Sequence record: PZ338878.1
Direction: 5' to 3' (one strand)
DNA: 64,000 bases
Source of the DNA: a phage
Position 1 is the first letter of the stretch. Each line of letters starts with the position of its first letter. Shown here piece after piece: positions 27,671-37,610 of the stretch. The position numbers and the translations under genes are program-made. The notes beneath the pieces are model-generated. The model was not told the DNA's origin. It did not search any database and worked only from the letters and a program-made list of their open reading frames with translations.

Positions 27671-28069
27671 TTACATTACTTTAACACAAAACTCTCGTAA
27701 AAGAGTAGCGTCAGTTTCTTCCAACAGGTATTTACCAAGACCAATACCAAATCCTATTTCACCACTTTCAAAATGGAGAATTTGTATCTTTTCTCCACCA
27801 AGGTTAATTACTTTTGCTTTTCCAGGATTGTCCAAAACATCTCGTATTGTGTCCTGTAGTAGCATTAGTTCACGTTTTGTAATAGTGGTTTCAGATATCT
27901 CTTTGTCTTCTACCCGCACTGTTAAACGGTTGTATCCACCAAAGAGACATAGTATTTGAATAAAAAAGGTATTATCTTGAGGTTCAACATCTTTTTTAGT
28001 TAGTTCAAGACGATTAGTTTCTCTACTATAGAACGTCTCGACTAAGATTTTAGAACGATTGTCTGTCAT
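27671..28069 (-). CDS. hypothetical protein
   Basis: 132 aa ORF in the replication operon. Confidence 0.45.
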   Translation of the reverse strand: MTDNRSKILVETFYSRETNRLELTKKDVEPQDNTFFIQILCLFGGYNRLTVRVEDKEISETTITKRELMLLQDTIRDVLDNPGKAKVINLGGEKIQILHFESGEIGFGIGLGKYLLEETDATLLREFCVKVM

Positions 28070-28112
28070 TCAAGTCCTCATAATAACACATAATTGTAAG
28101 GTTTGTCAACAC

Positions 28113-28706
28113 TTAAATCTTAAATTCTTCGTTGTTAAACGAATCTAGTGTACGTACTTCTGGTTTTTTGGGAATGAAAACGTCTTTTACAAAGCGGAAC
28201 ATAGGGAAACGTTCTGCCATTTTACGGACGTGTGCTTCTTTACCTGTGTATCGGTGATTAATAGTGCAAATATTAGTTTTCAATGCAAAGTCAAAATCTG
28301 GATGATATACATAATTTTGACCATCCCAGTAACACAGGCAAATAGCTACGTCAAAATTCCATACGATTTCACTGCGTACACCCTCTTCCATGATCATAAA
28401 GTTAAACTTAAGATCTTTATAGTATGCTTCAAATACCCATTTCAAATGTGGTAGTTCGGCATAAGTGTGTTCTGTTTGCTTAGTAAGTTGTTTAACATTA
28501 CGTGCACCAACACCCAACATCAAAAATTTCTCTACCAGTACGGTTGTATTGTGGTTAGGCATACGCAAGTAAATGTCAATATCTTGCGCAGGTGTTTCTA
28601 ATCGCCAGTCGCGTACAGCGCCGCCAGCTACAATTGCAAACGGATCTACCAGTTGGCACATACGTAATACTTCTAAAGCGCGTACTTTTTGATCTTCAAT
28701 ATTCAT
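28113..28706 (-). CDS. Pol-beta-superfamily nucleotidyltransferase (CCA-adding/poly(A) polymerase head-domain-like)
   Basis: IVAGGAVRDWRL...AQDIDIYL matches the GG(A/S)VRD ... DxD signature of class II CCA-adding enzymes; only 197 aa. Confidence 0.5.
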   Translation of the reverse strand: MNIEDQKVRALEVLRMCQLVDPFAIVAGGAVRDWRLETPAQDIDIYLRMPNHNTTVLVEKFLMLGVGARNVKQLTKQTEHTYAELPHLKWVFEAYYKDLKFNFMIMEEGVRSEIVWNFDVAICLCYWDGQNYVYHPDFDFALKTNICTINHRYTGKEAHVRKMAERFPMFRFVKDVFIPKKPEVRTLDSFNNEEFKI

Positions 28707-28843
28707 ATTTTCTCCTATCTCTTATGGTCTTTGCGTTATTCTAGATGTTCAAACATCTAATTATGAAATGGTTTAAAAGTGCGGAACAACCTTGGCAATA
28801 ATAGATTGTCCCACATAAAAACTCCTTTAAAATCAAACAGATA

Positions 28844-31423
28844 CTAGTGACAACTGGCCCATGAGTTACCAACATCGTAACCAGCAGTGAGAGGTACATT
28901 AAGATTGTAATACTCACCAGCTTTATTAACAGCGATAGATGCTAATTCTCCAGCACGACTGTAGGCTGTAAACCAACCACCTTTCGGAGATTCATGTACG
29001 TTAGCCCAAATCTTGCCAGTACGTTTCTCTTCTTCTTCTTTCCAGGCGTTAACTTTATCCAAACATTCTTTATCAATTTTCTTTTGTTCTTCTGGATCAT
29101 CAACTTGAGTCCAACCTAAAGATTCTTTAGAGAACCATTTAAAATGCACTAGATCACGAGTTACTTCAAGCTGTGCTTCATCGTGATATGCAATCATTTG
29201 TTGAACGAATGACTTATTTTTCCAGTCATCAACAAAAAAGTCAACAGCTAATCCTTCTTCTTCGATAAGATCATCGTAGATAACCATTGCTCTTTTTGCA
29301 CAAATAACACCACCACTCTGGAACAGAGAGTTAAGTATTGCGTGTGCAGATCGTGTAGGTACTTTCCTACCATCAATACCAAGAATGTATTTCTTACCTG
29401 TTTTAACCCAAAAATCATGCAGACGTTCTTTAAGAAGCGCAAGAGGCTTTGCAGCTTCCCAGAAAGCATCGTATACAAGCTGTCCTGTATACATATCACT
29501 ACCAATAGTTTTTGCTACTTTTGCAGCTTGAGCACCATAGGTAATACCATATTTAACAGATTTAGCAGGGCTTCGTTCAAACTTACGACCAATAGTATCA
29601 GAAATACGTCGAGCCATCATTGTATGAACATCATTAGGTTTTTCCAACAATAGAGCGTTACAATATTCGTGTGGCTCCTGCTCGTACCGCCAACAGTAGT
29701 GTGATTCTATTTTTGCTTCAAGAGAATCGAAGTCATAACCAATCTGGAAGTATTTTGGAACTTCTACACCAAATAAGTTACGCATTTCATATCCGTACAG
29801 AGATGTTACACGTGGAATGTTTGCTACTAATCTATGTTTCATACGAGACGTAGCTGCATCACACGTTGCAGCAGGAGTTGGTATACGACCATCAGCCCTT
29901 ACTGCCGCCAGATAACCTTTATCGTAATCCTCTTCATCTTCTTCCCAATCAGCACCACCACCTAGAATAGAGTTTCTACGATGTTTATACGTAAGATACT
30001 GCACAATCTGCGTAGCATAAGGAAACTTTTCACCCAGTGCTTCCAAGTTAGGACAAATATCTTTCTCTTGCCCTTTTGTAAAGGAAGGGTTAGTAAGCAC
30101 TTTAACACCACGACCTTTAGCTTTAGCAATACGATCTCTTAGTTTCCATTCCAAAGTTTCTGGTGTGCACTCCAGATGATCACATCTATCCTGGCAGAAG
30201 TTAGATGCTAATGTTTGATCAACATAGTCACGAATAGCCTTCTCCATTTGTGCTTCATCTTTCTTAATCTTAGTGCCAGATTTAAGAGTGATATCTTTAT
30301 CTTTATATTCAGATGGACTCCAACCTAAACCAACTAACCAATTTTTAATATGTGTAGTGTCGTCTAAAGTAGCAGGTACTGTAGGATCACAAATAGGTTC
30401 TTCTGCTGGAATAGGTAGTTTAAACTCTTTACCTAATGCAAATAACCACCAACCATCTTCTTTTTGTACAAGTTCACCAGAATGTTTCTCTGCAAACTTT
30501 AGCATGTTACTTGAAGGTTCACCATTCTTTTTAAACTGTAGTTTAGGTGGAATGAATGATTTCAAATAACCTTTAGTAGCAGGTTTAGGAGGTAGCACAG
30601 GTTCTGCCTCTAAACGACATGCTTCCATTCGAGCATCCAGATCACGAATATTATCCTCTGCTTGTTTCATATTGAAAGCAAAGCCACGGTGCTCTTGACG
30701 TGTAATAATATCAGCTACACGTTGTTCTAAGTTAAATGGTTCAGACCACTTATTATAATCACCCCACTCTTCCATCAAATAACGGAACACTGCGGTGTTA
30801 GCTTTGTTATCGTAAATACAGTAATACAGCATATCTGCTGCAAATGTTCTAAATCTTTCAGTTTCAGGGATGTTTTTTCTAAAATCAATTTTAACATCCC
30901 CTCCAGCTTTCTTAGATAACTCTGCCAGACTATGACCACCGAAGCGATCAGGGTTTAGTGTCTTACTTAAGATCATAGTATCACAAATTTCAATGTTACT
31001 ATTACCCCAAGTATTGTACTTAATACTGTAGTTGAGTTTAAAAAATAATTTAATTGCCAGTAAGTCGAAGTTAATGATGTTGTGTCCAACTACTTTGGTA
31101 ATTTTATAGTTTGAATTACCTTTAAATTTACCTGTTCCATTTACAAAATCAGGAAAATCTTTAAGAGGGAAATGGGTATATTCTAAATGCTCATATTCCT
31201 CCAGTCGGTATTCATACTTTCCGTCAGTCTCAATATACGGACGACCATCGAAAAGATATTTATCACCATCATGGAAAGCAATAATCTCTCCAGTATCATG
31301 ACTTTCACACACAATACAGTGCATTGCAAAACTATCTTTTAAACGATATGGACTTGCCAAGTAATCTACACTTTCGTCATTAAGCAAGTTGTTACTTTCA
31401 ATGTCGAAAGTAAAAGCTCCCAT
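28844..31423 (-). CDS. DNA polymerase, family A, with 3'-5' exonuclease domain
   Basis: Exo I motif FDIESNN near N-terminus; motif B-like RSPAKSVKYGITYGAQAAK; motif C MIAYHDEAQ; AAGGAGGGAG RBS. Confidence 0.85.
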   Translation of the reverse strand: MGAFTFDIESNNLLNDESVDYLASPYRLKDSFAMHCIVCESHDTGEIIAFHDGDKYLFDGRPYIETDGKYEYRLEEYEHLEYTHFPLKDFPDFVNGTGKFKGNSNYKITKVVGHNIINFDLLAIKLFFKLNYSIKYNTWGNSNIEICDTMILSKTLNPDRFGGHSLAELSKKAGGDVKIDFRKNIPETERFRTFAADMLYYCIYDNKANTAVFRYLMEEWGDYNKWSEPFNLEQRVADIITRQEHRGFAFNMKQAEDNIRDLDARMEACRLEAEPVLPPKPATKGYLKSFIPPKLQFKKNGEPSSNMLKFAEKHSGELVQKEDGWWLFALGKEFKLPIPAEEPICDPTVPATLDDTTHIKNWLVGLGWSPSEYKDKDITLKSGTKIKKDEAQMEKAIRDYVDQTLASNFCQDRCDHLECTPETLEWKLRDRIAKAKGRGVKVLTNPSFTKGQEKDICPNLEALGEKFPYATQIVQYLTYKHRRNSILGGGADWEEDEEDYDKGYLAAVRADGRIPTPAATCDAATSRMKHRLVANIPRVTSLYGYEMRNLFGVEVPKYFQIGYDFDSLEAKIESHYCWRYEQEPHEYCNALLLEKPNDVHTMMARRISDTIGRKFERSPAKSVKYGITYGAQAAKVAKTIGSDMYTGQLVYDAFWEAAKPLALLKERLHDFWVKTGKKYILGIDGRKVPTRSAHAILNSLFQSGGVICAKRAMVIYDDLIEEEGLAVDFFVDDWKNKSFVQQMIAYHDEAQLEVTRDLVHFKWFSKESLGWTQVDDPEEQKKIDKECLDKVNAWKEEEEKRTGKIWANVHESPKGGWFTAYSRAGELASIAVNKAGEYYNLNVPLTAGYDVGNSWASCH

Positions 31424-31464
31424 TCTCCCTCCTTAAAATATTTCTAAAGTCTTAATTTGTTAAT

Positions 31465-31493
31465 ACTGTACCATAAATTAATTGTTTTGTAAA
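31465..31493 (-). promoter_or_regulatory. sigma70-like promoter candidate for the DNA polymerase gene
   Basis: On minus strand TTTACA - 17 nt - TACAGT, upstream of the polymerase RBS. Confidence 0.3.
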
Positions 31494-31509
31494 GGGGCTT
31501 TCGCCCCTT
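31494..31509 (-). terminator. GC-rich hairpin downstream of the 31514 gene
   Basis: GGGGC-TTTC-GCCCC stem-loop; weak U-tract on the minus strand. Confidence 0.4.
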
Positions 31510-31513
31510 CTTG

Positions 31514-31909
31514 TTATTTATTGTCAGCACTTAATTGTACTTTAATAAGGCAATTAGGGACACCATTGGTATTTCTCAAACCTACACGGTCAATTTTAAC
31601 TGTCCCTGTTAAGCCACTAAAAGTGGAAACAATGTTATTAATGTTTTCATCCTTACTAGCGATATCAAGAACAACTTTATCACTAACATTTTTCAACATA
31701 CGATCTACAAGCTCTCCCACAAAACCACTGGTAGTTTGAATGAGAAGGTATAGGCAACCATCCTCAAACCACAAATGTTCGCCATAAGCATAACCGTATG
31801 GTTCTAACTCCGATCCATCTTGAAATTTAAACTTGGCAATAGTTTTCGTATAATCATACCCTAACGCAGAAGGGGATACCCCATAGAGGATATTTTCGTT
31901 GTCTTTCAT
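31514..31909 (-). CDS. hypothetical protein
   Basis: ORF-track 31514-32038; start reassigned to ATG at 31909 (MKDNEN...) preceded by AAGGAG, removing overlap with the primase-helicase gene. Confidence 0.5.
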   Translation of the reverse strand: MKDNENILYGVSPSALGYDYTKTIAKFKFQDGSELEPYGYAYGEHLWFEDGCLYLLIQTTSGFVGELVDRMLKNVSDKVVLDIASKDENINNIVSTFSGLTGTVKIDRVGLRNTNGVPNCLIKVQLSADNK

Positions 31910-31919
31910 ATTTTTCTCC

Positions 31920-33692
31920 TTAATAAGAACCATCAGGAATATTCTCTGGGTTACTTGTGTATTGATCGTAATCGTGAAGTGTCGCTGTTTTAATCTCATA
32001 GAAGAAACTACCTGCTGCACCAGTCTCTGAGAACTCACGGTTCTTTAGAATGTAGCAATATGTGCGGTTACGTTCCATAGGATCTTCAGCTTGTTTATCA
32101 CGCTCCAGCGCAATTGTGATACCAGCACCTTTAGCAAGGAAGCTACTACCCATTGCATCATCTTCTACAATATGTTCATTACTATTGTTAGAAGACTTTT
32201 TAACGTGTGAAATTACAACAATGGTAATTGCGTACTCTTTCATAATGCGTTTGAGCCACGTCGCAAGTTCCTCTTGTTGTGACACGTCCATACCAGAAAG
32301 CAAGTCAGAATAAGGGTCGATAACAAGAATGGTTACTCCGAAATAAATAATCATTTCCAGAACCTTCTCTTTAATCACATCTACGTTAGCTCCACGATCA
32401 TCACAAACATAGAAACGTGGTGTTCCATCTTCTCGTTCGTAAAAATCACGAATCTTTTCTTCATTATCTTTTAAAATCTTTTCCTTCTCTTCTTTTGTTT
32501 TACGGTGAAGAGGGATGTGCAAGAATGAAGACAGTAAGTTACGAGAATACTTCTTATACGTTGCCTCCAAAGATAAAATACCAAGAGTATGTTCTGGGTG
32601 TGCAAGAATAATGTGCTTTGTAATCTCGTTAACCAACAGTGTTTTACCGATACTTGTTTTTGCAAGTATAACAGTAATTTCTTCTTCTACCAAGCCTCCA
32701 CCTAACATATTAGAAGCAACACGCATGAATGGAGGAAGGGTGATCATTTTAGCTTCCAGGCATTCCAAGGCTGCTTCATACAGTACGTTAGAAGCATAAA
32801 CACCAGCAGGTGTGTACAGTTTAGCTTTGAAAAAGCGATCAAGAAAGTGATCAATTTTTCCTTCTACTAGTGCCTGGTTAGGATCTTTAACATCCGTTAG
32901 TTCCATCACGTAAACTTTATTACGTGGTAAGATTTTAACACATTTCTCAACTGCTGCACGTCCAGCTTCATCATTATCCATACACAGAACAATCTTTTTA
33001 AATTGATCTAAGAATTTATAACGATGTTGAAGCTGCTTATGCAGAGATGTTTCGCCACAAGTACCAGATACTACAGCAGGAACAGGGTATTTACCGCCCT
33101 TGTTATAGTCTTTTAGCATCTGTGTTGCAGCCAGCATATCGTGTTCACCACCAACGATTAGAATAGTACCGCTGTGGTTACGATATTTAAACTCACCAAA
33201 AAGATCACAATCCTTTCCTGTTTCACCAATAGGATGCGAAAAATCTTTTGGATCGATACGTTGTTTATACCCAGCAATATTGTAATCTTTAGTTGTAGGG
33301 TATAATGTTGAAATTACTTCGCCAGTAGCTTCATCGTACATATAGCGTACACCGAAAGGTTTAGAGATATCTTCACGAATACCGCGATAACCTTTTGGAT
33401 TAGTTCCAGTGCTGGCTTTTAGTTTATCATGTACTTCTGGATTAAACTCACTACCCAAGATATCCTCCTCTTCAATTTCTTCGCCGTGTGCATTTAACCA
33501 TTTTTGATCAGGGATAGTAAAGCCACAAGAAAAACAATGTGCGCCTCGATGGTCTTCATCGGCATCTAAGCCATATACCATCAAATTGTTTTGTGATCGA
33601 TCACGCCCTCCTTTCATACAACGAGGACACCCAGTATGTCCTTCTTGACTTAGATCAATGTTATACCCATATTTATTTACAACATAAGACAC
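31920..33692 (-). CDS. bifunctional DNA primase/helicase (T7 gp4-like)
   Basis: N-terminal zinc ribbon (CPRCMKGG...HCFSCGF), TOPRIM-like region (ILIVGGEHDMLAATQ), DnaB-family Walker A (AKTSIGKT) and Walker B (VLVIDPYS). Confidence 0.8.
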   Translation of the reverse strand: MSYVVNKYGYNIDLSQEGHTGCPRCMKGGRDRSQNNLMVYGLDADEDHRGAHCFSCGFTIPDQKWLNAHGEEIEEEDILGSEFNPEVHDKLKASTGTNPKGYRGIREDISKPFGVRYMYDEATGEVISTLYPTTKDYNIAGYKQRIDPKDFSHPIGETGKDCDLFGEFKYRNHSGTILIVGGEHDMLAATQMLKDYNKGGKYPVPAVVSGTCGETSLHKQLQHRYKFLDQFKKIVLCMDNDEAGRAAVEKCVKILPRNKVYVMELTDVKDPNQALVEGKIDHFLDRFFKAKLYTPAGVYASNVLYEAALECLEAKMITLPPFMRVASNMLGGGLVEEEITVILAKTSIGKTLLVNEITKHIILAHPEHTLGILSLEATYKKYSRNLLSSFLHIPLHRKTKEEKEKILKDNEEKIRDFYEREDGTPRFYVCDDRGANVDVIKEKVLEMIIYFGVTILVIDPYSDLLSGMDVSQQEELATWLKRIMKEYAITIVVISHVKKSSNNSNEHIVEDDAMGSSFLAKGAGITIALERDKQAEDPMERNRTYCYILKNREFSETGAAGSFFYEIKTATLHDYDQYTSNPENIPDGSY

Positions 33693-33704
33693 ATGATTCT
33701 CCTA

Positions 33705-33974
33705 CTAAAATGATTCGTTTGTCTCCATAATATATTGCATTTCCAAATCTTCCATATGTTTCTTAAATTGGTAAACAATTTCCGATGGGGAAATATCTAT
33801 ATCAAAAAGTTCTTTTGTACCAGAATAGAACCTAATACCATCAACAATAAGGCCACCATAATAATCCCAATCACTTTCTCGTGAGAAAGGATTAGGTTCT
33901 TCATAATAGTAATCTACTTCAACAATAATAGGTTCTTTATTATCTTGTTTATACTCAAAATCAAAAGTGTTCAT
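33705..33974 (-). CDS. hypothetical protein
   Basis: 89 aa acidic, Tyr-rich ORF; stop-start overlap with neighbour. Confidence 0.4.
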   Translation of the reverse strand: MNTFDFEYKQDNKEPIIVEVDYYYEEPNPFSRESDWDYYGGLIVDGIRFYSGTKELFDIDISPSEIVYQFKKHMEDLEMQYIMETNESF

Positions 33975-34918
33975 TATAAATCCTCGATAAGCAGTCTGCG
34001 GGTTTCATTTAAATCATCAATATTGTAGTTATCTCTTACATACTTAGCAAGAGCCAATCCTTTCTCAATACAAACATCAGGAGATTCGATTAAGTATTCT
34101 ACAATATCTTTCCACTCTTTAACTGAATCAGCAAAGAAGATTAGATCTTTAAATTCTTCAGTATAGTAGTTCTCTCGTGGAGAACAAACGAGTGGCAAAC
34201 CTTTAGCACCAGCCTCAAGAATTTTTAAATTACTTTTGGCATTATTAAAATGATTATTTACTAACGGAGCTATGGAGATTTGATGACCATCGTATGCTTC
34301 CATATAACACTCATAAGGACGAATACCTTCATAAACACAATCTGGTTGAATATCTTCTTTAATTTGCAACCATTGAGCACTACTTAACTCTTCGTGATCT
34401 CTACGAAATCCACATAAAGTTAAATCTTTACCAAAAGTAGGAAGAATTGCTAAATCATGTTTATGGGTTTCACTTCCAGCCCAAACCAGTGGGCTTTTAG
34501 AATAACGATCTTTAGTAAGAACAAACTGTCCTTCATCAAAAGGTAGTCCGTTAGGCACAATATGTACATTATCATTGTATTGGCTTAATTCAACCTTTAA
34601 TGCTGGAGTTGTTGTAGTTACAAGATCGCTTCTTTCAAGGAACCATTTTAGGTCATCTCGGATTTGATTTTCAAATAATCCTTCCAGCATATGCCCTTCA
34701 GGAATAATTAAAGAATCATCCAAATCCATTACCAATTTAAACCCAAGCTGTTTAAGAGCCAGGAAACCTGGCTTTCCACGAGTTGGTACTCCATTGAATA
34801 CAAAAATATTATGCTTAGGATTAATAGTCAGTTTGCGTTTATATGGCAAAATGATTCTATGAAAGTCACATACACTATACCTTTCATGTCCACGTGTGTC
34901 AAGAATAATATTAGGCAT
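33974..34918 (-). CDS. putative glycosyltransferase (GT-B-like), paralog A
   Basis: Clear paralogy with the next ORF (LPFDEGQFVLTKDRYS...; SNLKILEAGAKGLPLVCSP); C-terminal E..K..E-like block resembles GT1-type nucleotide-sugar-binding region. Confidence 0.45.
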   Translation of the reverse strand: MPNIILDTRGHERYSVCDFHRIILPYKRKLTINPKHNIFVFNGVPTRGKPGFLALKQLGFKLVMDLDDSLIIPEGHMLEGLFENQIRDDLKWFLERSDLVTTTTPALKVELSQYNDNVHIVPNGLPFDEGQFVLTKDRYSKSPLVWAGSETHKHDLAILPTFGKDLTLCGFRRDHEELSSAQWLQIKEDIQPDCVYEGIRPYECYMEAYDGHQISIAPLVNNHFNNAKSNLKILEAGAKGLPLVCSPRENYYTEEFKDLIFFADSVKEWKDIVEYLIESPDVCIEKGLALAKYVRDNYNIDDLNETRRLLIEDL

Positions 34919-34929
34919 ATGGCTCCTTG

Positions 34930-35904
34930 TTAAAGACTTTCAATAACTTGACGACGCAGTTCATTGGCATCTGCAAGATTATAATTAAGACGAACGTGCT
35001 CTGCAAGCATCATACCACGATCTTCTGTGTATCTAGGGTTCCTCATTAGCTTGACAACTTCATAATGCCAAGATGCTTTAGAGTCTGCATAAATAACAGC
35101 CTTTGCATCTACCGGATTGAAGTACGGCAGCACAGGAGAACAGATAATAGGAAGACCCTTTGCACCTGCTTCCAAAATCTTCAAATTGCTTTTACAGTTG
35201 TTGAAGTCATTATCTACCAGAGGAGCAATTGCAATACTGTGACCGTCATACACAGACATATACTCACCTAAATTTTTAATAGCTGGTTTATACTGTGCAT
35301 TTGGAATTTTACGTTTTACTTTAACCCACTCCGCAGTAGTTAGATACTGACTATTATTTCCAACAGGTGCAGAAGGATACACTTCATACCCTGCAATTGT
35401 CAATAGTGTATCATCAAATGTATTAGCTACAAGAGATAAATCAGGTTCATGGCTTGCTCCTCCAGCCCAAATAATAGGCGTGTCAGAATAACGGTCTTTT
35501 GTCAAAGTAAATTGACCTTCATCGTAAGGTAGTGCGTTTCTAATAACGACAACATTACGATTTAAATGACGAATTTTGTAAGCCAGATATTCTGTTGTTA
35601 CAGTAACAACATCTGCTAACTTAATCATCTCTACAATAGTCTTTGAGTGATTAGTAAACACGCCAGCCATATAATGTTCAGGATTAAGTGAATAAAAGTC
35701 ATCTAAATCAACAATAATCTTAACACCTTGTGCCTTCAGGCGTTTAACTTCGTCTGATCCACGAGAATACACTCTATTAAAAACTAAAACGTCTTTCTTA
35801 GGCTTAAACGTATTTCCCGCAAATGGCATTACAATACGATGGTAATCACAACCACTGCCTAACTTATTATCACACTTAAGTACAGGAGTATTAGGATTTA
35901 CCAT
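34930..35904 (-). CDS. putative glycosyltransferase (GT-B-like), paralog B
   Basis: ORF-track 34930-35943; start probably at internal Met (MVNPNTPVL), aligning with paralog A; LPYDEGQFTLTKDRYS and SNLKILEAGAKGLPIICSP. Confidence 0.45.
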   Translation of the reverse strand: MVNPNTPVLKCDNKLGSGCDYHRIVMPFAGNTFKPKKDVLVFNRVYSRGSDEVKRLKAQGVKIIVDLDDFYSLNPEHYMAGVFTNHSKTIVEMIKLADVVTVTTEYLAYKIRHLNRNVVVIRNALPYDEGQFTLTKDRYSDTPIIWAGGASHEPDLSLVANTFDDTLLTIAGYEVYPSAPVGNNSQYLTTAEWVKVKRKIPNAQYKPAIKNLGEYMSVYDGHSIAIAPLVDNDFNNCKSNLKILEAGAKGLPIICSPVLPYFNPVDAKAVIYADSKASWHYEVVKLMRNPRYTEDRGMMLAEHVRLNYNLADANELRRQVIESL

Positions 35905-36577
35905 ATTTTTGAGCCTCCTCATAAGAGATAAAAGTTTTACCATTGCGAAGATCCTCCAGTGATTGTTTATATTGTTCCCAGTTTACACCAATCCCCTGTT
36001 CTTTCTCTTCTTTTGACAGATTCGCAAAAGGTAAAGGGTTGTCTCCAAACACATCATCAGGATGGATAAACGCCATAATTCGAATAGGACATGGTACGCC
36101 CTGAATACCTCGGTTCAAACCTGCCAGTGGAACGCGCTGAATCCACTCTGCATCTTCATATCCATAACCGTGGGTGTATGAGCGGAAATAGCCAGCTTTC
36201 TCAATAACTGCACGGGAATACATACCAAACTGGCACATACCTAGTTCCCAAATAACCACTTCACCTTCAATACCTTTTACTTTATCTTTAAAGTATTCAG
36301 GCATACCAAAGAAATCCCAGCCATTTTCCTTAGCCTGTTTTACAAAATATGTTTCCCAACCTGGCACAACCGGATAGCAATCATCATCAAAAATAAACCA
36401 GTAATCATACCCTTCATCATAAAACTTTTTCATCAGTTCATTACGGGCATATGCAACACCTTTTCGTTCCCGATCATACTGTACAACAAAAGTAGCATTA
36501 GGATCAGTCACAAGATAATCTTTAAGAGGACGCTTACCTACAGTAATAACACCAACACCAATTTTTGTATTTTCCAA
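35891..36577 (-). CDS. putative glycosyltransferase (GT-A-like, DxD motif)
   Basis: YWFIFDDDCYPV motif after an N-terminal Rossmann-like stretch. Confidence 0.45.
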   Translation of the reverse strand: MENTKIGVGVITVGKRPLKDYLVTDPNATFVVQYDRERKGVAYARNELMKKFYDEGYDYWFIFDDDCYPVVPGWETYFVKQAKENGWDFFGMPEYFKDKVKGIEGEVVIWELGMCQFGMYSRAVIEKAGYFRSYTHGYGYEDAEWIQRVPLAGLNRGIQGVPCPIRIMAFIHPDDVFGDNPLPFANLSKEEKEQGIGVNWEQYKQSLEDLRNGKTFISYEEAQKYGKS

Positions 36578-36586
36578 AATAACTCC

Positions 36587-37150
36587 TTAAATAATTTTAT
36601 TCATGTCTTGACAATGTAAAAGGTGTGAAACAGCTTTTCTAGGATCATCGTTACCTAAACGGTATGTGTGAAATAAATATAACCCACGTAGTAAACCTAG
36701 CCTTTTATTGTTAGCGTGTAATGCTTTAGAGAAAATTATATCAAACTGTATTGATCTTTCCTCAAAAGGGATTTCATTCCACAGACTCTTACGAAAGAGA
36801 AGAAAGAATCCTGCTAAGATAGCATCTGTAGGTACTTCCTCTATTGAGTTTCCCCATTCTAGATGTGCTCTTTTTGCAATCTCAATGTGGTGTAATATAT
36901 TTGGATCTTCACTTCTTTCATTATTAAATAATTGATATGTTGATCCCAATCTATTACAAGATGCACCAAGAACATCAAAATCAGGATTTGAACGGACTAT
37001 TGATTCCAACCAAGCAGGTTGTTCTGGAAGAAGAAACATTGTATCAATGTCTCTTAGGCAAATCCAACTATCTTCTGGTAAGACACTTATTGTGTCATTG
37101 ATACCTTTTCCAATATCTCCAGAAAGATAGGGAGTTATGTGAAATATCAT
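36587..37150 (-). CDS. hypothetical protein, possibly glycosyltransferase-like
   Basis: 187 aa; LRDIDTMFL acidic motif; adjacent to glycosyltransferase genes. Confidence 0.3.
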   Translation of the reverse strand: MIFHITPYLSGDIGKGINDTISVLPEDSWICLRDIDTMFLLPEQPAWLESIVRSNPDFDVLGASCNRLGSTYQLFNNERSEDPNILHHIEIAKRAHLEWGNSIEEVPTDAILAGFFLLFRKSLWNEIPFEERSIQFDIIFSKALHANNKRLGLLRGLYLFHTYRLGNDDPRKAVSHLLHCQDMNKII

Positions 37151-37207
37151 ACTCCCTCCGTATTATTACTTTAGCATTTTTAGACTAAAAAGTCCAAATG
37201 GTTTTAC

Positions 37208-37402
37208 CTATTGATTACGTTTTGCGAGTTCCATCTGGATAGCTAAACTGTGATCTCGTGCTTCCATATACTCTTTATATGTTTCATTAAGATGATCACG
37301 ACAAACATCACGCAGTTTAATCAGTTTATCTGTAGGGATACCACTAAGATCATCCCAAGACTTTACAACTTCACCAGTATCATTGATCCCAATGGTTTTC
37401 AT
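37208..37402 (-). CDS. hypothetical protein
   Basis: 64 aa ORF. Confidence 0.35.
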   Translation of the reverse strand: MKTIGINDTGEVVKSWDDLSGIPTDKLIKLRDVCRDHLNETYKEYMEARDHSLAIQMELAKRNQ

Positions 37403-37610
37403 CTACAACCTCCTTAATTGCTACAGCACAGTTTTTGCAGATACACTGCCCTTTACCTTTAGAAATCTGGATGTAAGGTTCATTTTCATTTTCGCCCTTA
37501 CGTGAGTCATATATTACAGAATTGAAGCACACAACGCAAATATTTTTTAAGATTGTATACTTATCAACTTTCTTTTTTGTTTTAAAGTTAACTTCAATAA
37601 CATCAGCCAT
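37380..37610 (-). CDS. zinc-ribbon protein
   Basis: ORF-track 37380-37658 trimmed to internal Met; CVVCFNSV ... CICKNCAV four-Cys arrangement. Confidence 0.4.
   Translation of the reverse strand: MADVIEVNFKTKKKVDKYTILKNICVVCFNSVIYDSRKGENENEPYIQISKGKGQCICKNCAVAIKEVVDENHWDQ

Noticed and set aside
29248-30569. Several short ORFs on both strands within the DNA polymerase gene
   Set aside because: Polymerase frame is continuous with conserved exo and pol motifs; embedded ORFs are frame artefacts
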